DNA of 64,000 nucleotides, from contig OZ076409.1 of NCBI GenBank assembly GCA_964187785.1, positions 60,700,001 to 60,764,000 of the forward strand. Direction: 5' to 3'. Source of the DNA: Amphiscolops sp. MND2022. Its lineage: Eukaryota. The position numbers and the translations under genes were made by a program. Positions 59,623 to 64,000 of the stretch are shown here, piece after piece. Under the pieces are notes generated by a model. That model saw nothing but the letters and a program-made list of their open reading frames with translations. It made no database searches and was not told the DNA's origin. Positions within the stretch are counted from its first letter, which is position 1. Each line of letters starts with the position of its first letter.

Positions 59623-62600
59623 GTTAGTCCATTATAGAAATATTATTTTGTACGCTTTGTAGCCGCGATCAATAGCGTTTAGTTGACTTAGTCTTAAATT
59701 TTTGAGAACATGCGTTCCTTTGAACAAGGCTCAAAGTAATCCTCATAGAAATTGATAGAATAAAAGCAAAAATATGTATCCAATTGAATTTCAATCAATT
59801 TTATGATGTTTTGTCTTTTCTATGTGGAGTCAGTTGAAAAGCTATTAGATTGGAGAATCTTTCCATTTGAAGTTGCTAACAAGCAAGTATTTGATTTTTT
59901 CGATGCTCTTTGTTCCGGGCGCAGTAAGCTAGCTCATGTTTTGATCATGCTTTATCGCCATATTTTCTGTTTGCGTTTGCGCAATTTACTTCAAACTGTC
60001 TTTCTTCTTTTTGCTTAGTAGAAAGTGTTCTCGAAAAAGATCTCATGGTTTTGAAAAGTTTCGTCAAATTATATACATGCAATCCAAATCGTGATAGTTT
60101 CGTAGATCTTCCAGGATATATCATGAAGATCATTTCAACTGCCGTGGCTTCTAAAATGCGATGGTATGTTCCTAATATTCTATATGTTCCGACCATTCAA
60201 TTCTCTAAATAAATGATTCCTAAATTGTCATTGAAACGAATCGTTCCAATGTGAAAGTTTTTCTTTCGGAATGTTCTGTTCCGAATTTTAATATCATGCA
60301 TTCTAGATGGCTCATAAGAGAGGATCATCTCAGGACGATTTTCAGTACCTGTATACATAATCAACCTATGAACTTTTAGAACTTGAATGCATTAAGATGG
60401 CCCATTTCTTGACAACCGGATACATATTTCGTCTTTCTTCAACAGGCTTACAATGATGACACCTGAAGTATTTGACCTGAAGTCTAAATCTTCCAAAAGT
60501 TCCATTCAACACGGTATAGTTTTAACAACCTCTGGTTTTGGATTTTGCTGATGACAATATCCAACTAGAAGAGGAATAAATTTATCAACCAAATACGTTG
60601 GAATATGCACAATGACAACTCTATGGGATCGAAAAACTGTTACAATTTCAAACGAGGTTTTTATGAAATACCTCAAAACTTGTTTTGAATGGACGCGTTT
60701 TGAATGTACGCGAATTAAGAATGTGTACAAAAAGGAATTGATAACTTCGTTCCACTGTTTAGCGTCGATCTAATAAACTTGAGTGGGTTTCGTTTTTTGC
60801 TTGATGATTGTAAACTTGGTGAGATTCTGACATTAGCGAGTGTTTTGTACGTGCTATTAGCGACACTTTGCGTGATCTTTACAGTTATGGAAATTTGGCA
60901 AGACGAGTGTATGGCCATAAACAGATGTTTGACTGCTAATCTCGCGGCCGCCATAATATTTCACAGTTGGCTAGTTATATGGCATTGCACTCAGTTAAGG
61001 TTAATCAAATTCAATGAATTCAACACGGCTGCCTTGAATTTGGACGAAGTAATTTAAATTGGTAATTAAGTTGAAATGAAATGCAAGAATTTTATCAACA
61101 ACAAATTTCCGAATTTGCCCCAAGCCCCATCCCACCAAGCTGCAGCTACACCGCCGACCAACATCGTCCGGGCGTTTAGAGCCACAGAAGTTGTGATTGT
61201 AGAAGCAGATTCACAGCCAACACTCTGCTTGCTCCATTTTACTTGGATCTCTCGGGCAGTTGCAAAAAACGTCTAGATCGTTCTCGGGAATGTCGCGTCT
61301 AGAGTCATATCATGCTCATTCTCTACCCTAATACATTAAATTCTAGTACTCTAATACATTAAACATACGTTACTTCCGTATCTAGGATCTTCATCACATC
61401 ACCAAAAATGAAACAATTCGCCGCTCAATTTATTCAAGTTTTGCTTATTATTGCAGTTTACACTTTTTTTTCAGTTGAAAAACTTACCTCTTACTTACTC
61501 GATGATTTATCAACTACTCACTTAAAAGTTTCATTACTTCGTTCAGTTTTGGTCAGTGAGAACTGCAGAGTCGTAAAATCGTGAAATTTATGGGTTGTCA
61601 AGAATGGCTCAGTTACACGATTTGTTTCACCCGAAGCATCTTCTGGGTTAACACAGCCCGTCCTCGTGAAAAATGACATTGATAGGTTCTTTTGTTGCTG
61701 GTTCAATAATTGTGTTAAAAGTTTTCTTGTGGGTTTGTATATCAAGTATCTGTTCTCATACACGTCACGGATCGGGTTTTCAATTACCAAAATTGGACGA
61801 TGAATCATGTACAGCTAAAAGGTGTTGTTGGAGCCAATAACATGTCATTTTTTCCACACAAACATTAGATGGTAAACAATATGAAAAAAATTATCGAATT
61901 GGCATAATTAATTCTCGGCATTTTATAAATTTTGGATTATTGCGTGATGATAATGATGTTACATGGTCACTTTTATCACAGGACACTTGGACCCCAAGAC
62001 ATGAGATAAAACGCGACTATTTAGGTGATTTTTAGTCGGCGCTTTTATTAATAAAAGAGCCCGACTATTACAGTCACTCGTTTTTTTTTTAAGAGTCTCG
62101 AAGCGACGAACGTTAAAATTAACGTTCACCTACTAAAAGTACTAAACTTCTGGACCGCTAAAGGCAAACACGGAGAGCGCATTCATTTACTTTTTCAACG
62201 CTACATACAAGCCCGGACGGGACTAAAGTTTCGTACAACCCCCCCCCCCCTTTCGATTTTTTTCGGCGCTGTGAGATTTTTTTTCGAATTTTTTTTAATG
62301 TCCCCAAAGGGTCCCCCCTTTGAGTTTTTTGTTATTTTGCTACAGAATGCGTGTTTATAAATCGAAAAGGGTCCCCCCTTTTACATTTTTCGGCACTGTG
62401 CGACATTTTCCGAAAGAATTTTTTTTTCGAAAATTTCAAAGTTTTTTTCCAAAAAAATGTTTTGCGCTTTTTGAGCCTTAGATATAGCGCCGACTTGAGG
62501 CGTTCTCGTCTTGTTCGTAGTTGTTTCGCCTTTTAATTGGTTTTCAATCGGGTCGTAGGGACATTTGAAATTTTTCAAAATGCCAAATATATTCAAAGGG

Positions 62601-62795
62601 TTCTCCTTTTCATTTTTTTTATTTCTGCGATAGAACTTCGCAACTTTTTTCAGTCAACTTTTCGTACGCGACTCAAACACCTACTGAAAAATTCAGATAT
62701 TTTGTCCGGCAGTGAGTATAAGCGTGAGATTTAAATTTCTCAAGCTGCCAACGACAATGCGTTTCTCGTGCGATGAAACGAGCGAGTGGTAATTA

Positions 62796-63085
62796 TTGCA
62801 CATGACGAAGTCAATGTGCATTGCAGTCCAGCTAAGAAAGTTTTTTTTCCACAATAGCCAACTTCATAATAAGCGCCTTTTAGAGAAAAGCCAAAACCCC
62901 ATAGAGATTCGAACCTGCAGCCTCCCGATTGCGCGGCATAAGTGTTAACCACTGTGCCACAAGGACGTTATTAAATAAAGTTGAACTGTTGAATATATAC
63001 GCATGCGATTAAAATAATATATATACGCATATTAAAATAATTGTTGTCTTCGTCATGTGTTGCGAAGCACCGCTTCGCCTCTGTG
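62796..63085 (+). mobile_element. HINE-like element, copy 3
   Basis: Same structure as 58121-58418. Confidence 0.75.
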
Positions 63086-64000
63086 TTAACATATTGAATC
63101 GGATAAAAAGCAATTTGTTGGTTTATTTTTGGCACTGTGCGATTTTATTTCGAAATTTTTATTTTACAAAAGGGTCCTCCTTTTGATTTTAAATGTTTTT
63201 AGAAGAAAAGCTTCTTCAAAGCCCAATGTGCCATTTTGAGTTTTTGTCAGCGCTGCGATCGATTTGAATGTTTCAAAATTTCAGCCTTATGTTTTTTGGC
63301 ATTTCCACTTCAATGGTTTTATGATCTAGTTTTTTTTCGGCACTGTCAGAAAGTTTTTTTAGCATTTTGAAATGGGCTTTTTATGCTTTATTTACTCGCG
63401 TTCTTATTATTCTCTAGTAATTATAATGTACTTCCAGTAAAGAGACTCTAATAAATCAGGTGATTTGACTTGATCTCTGAACAAATTGACTTGTTGATCT
63501 CTTGAATTTTTCAGAACGGTAGTTTGCCTCAGACGTCTAACCATTTCAGTAATGTCGAAAGTTGCTAAATTTGACAAAAGCAGCATTTTTCGGCATTTGC
63601 AGGTGTCCCCTGGTTGGTTCATATGCATTGTCTTTTTAATGAACTGAGCATTCAAGTCGGACATAGTATTAGGATGTTAATTGGTATATACCTCGATTAA
63701 TGTGAATGTAATTATAGTTTTTATATACCTGTAGTACACTATGGGAATGCGTTGAAAAGTATTGCTGGGGTTTTGTTATGTCCCGTGGTGTTGTATAATT
63801 GTGGGGCTACTTTGATAGTCTAATATATTCTTGGCTGCAAGTATAATGAGCGGCTGATGGAAGCATTTGCCTTTTAAATTAAATTATGCTGCTCTTGGTC
63901 TTGCTTCGTTTCTATCATTAACTGTTTTATCATTAAAATATTCTAATGCTACTGCTGCTGCTGTTTCTATCTCATCTCTCCATCTCTTAACGGCTGTTTC

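Larger units (their letters stand above)
43890..63350. repeat. Many fragments of an abundant modular dispersed repeat family (e.g. ~44700-45250, 47245-47415, 48440-49085, 50660-51260, 54840-55280, 55580-56045, 62000-62515)
   Basis: Recurrent AAAGGGTCCCCCTTT, CACAGTGCCGAAAA, GAGCCTTAGATATGGCGCCGACTTG and TTAGTCGGCGC motifs in both orientations. Confidence 0.7.

Noticed and set aside
59700..64000. Short ORFs (e.g. 60715-60954, 61518-61808, 63407-63664) as further convertase exons or another gene
   Set aside because: No S8 or P-domain motifs or other recognisable domains found by eye; a degraded TE or unrecognised exon cannot be excluded.

Overview
Eukaryotic (most likely invertebrate animal) genomic DNA dominated by nested transposable elements, with one host gene. 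(1) 1-~20256: a degraded Ty3/Gypsy LTR retrotransposon (gag, protease, dUTPase-like, RT, RNase H, integrase). After pol it has a long accessory region holding an intron-containing ANTISENSE gene and a divergent sense ORF, ending at a short candidate LTR that is followed directly by another gag-like start. (2) 7275-15788: a complete non-autonomous LTR element (1.9-kb LTRs, GAGAG TSD, tRNA-Asn-like PBS, PPT) inserted into an exon of that antisense gene. Its single ORF is gag-zinc knuckle-protease-TARG1/OARD1-type macrodomain, with no RT/RH/IN. (3) 20.9-42.6 kb: layered LINEs (APE-type, L2/CR1-type with 2A/StopGo-like motifs, and an RLE-type CRE-like element), hAT/MULE-like MITEs and rearranged duplications. 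(4) 33150->59622: six exons of a divergent kexin/furin-family proprotein convertase, continuing beyond the window. Its introns contain Tc1, hAT, 172-bp tandem-repeat elements, tRNA-derived repeats and Helentron-like HINEs carrying tRNA-like cassettes. All calls come from reading the sequence; no database searches were run, and coordinates of degraded elements are approximate.
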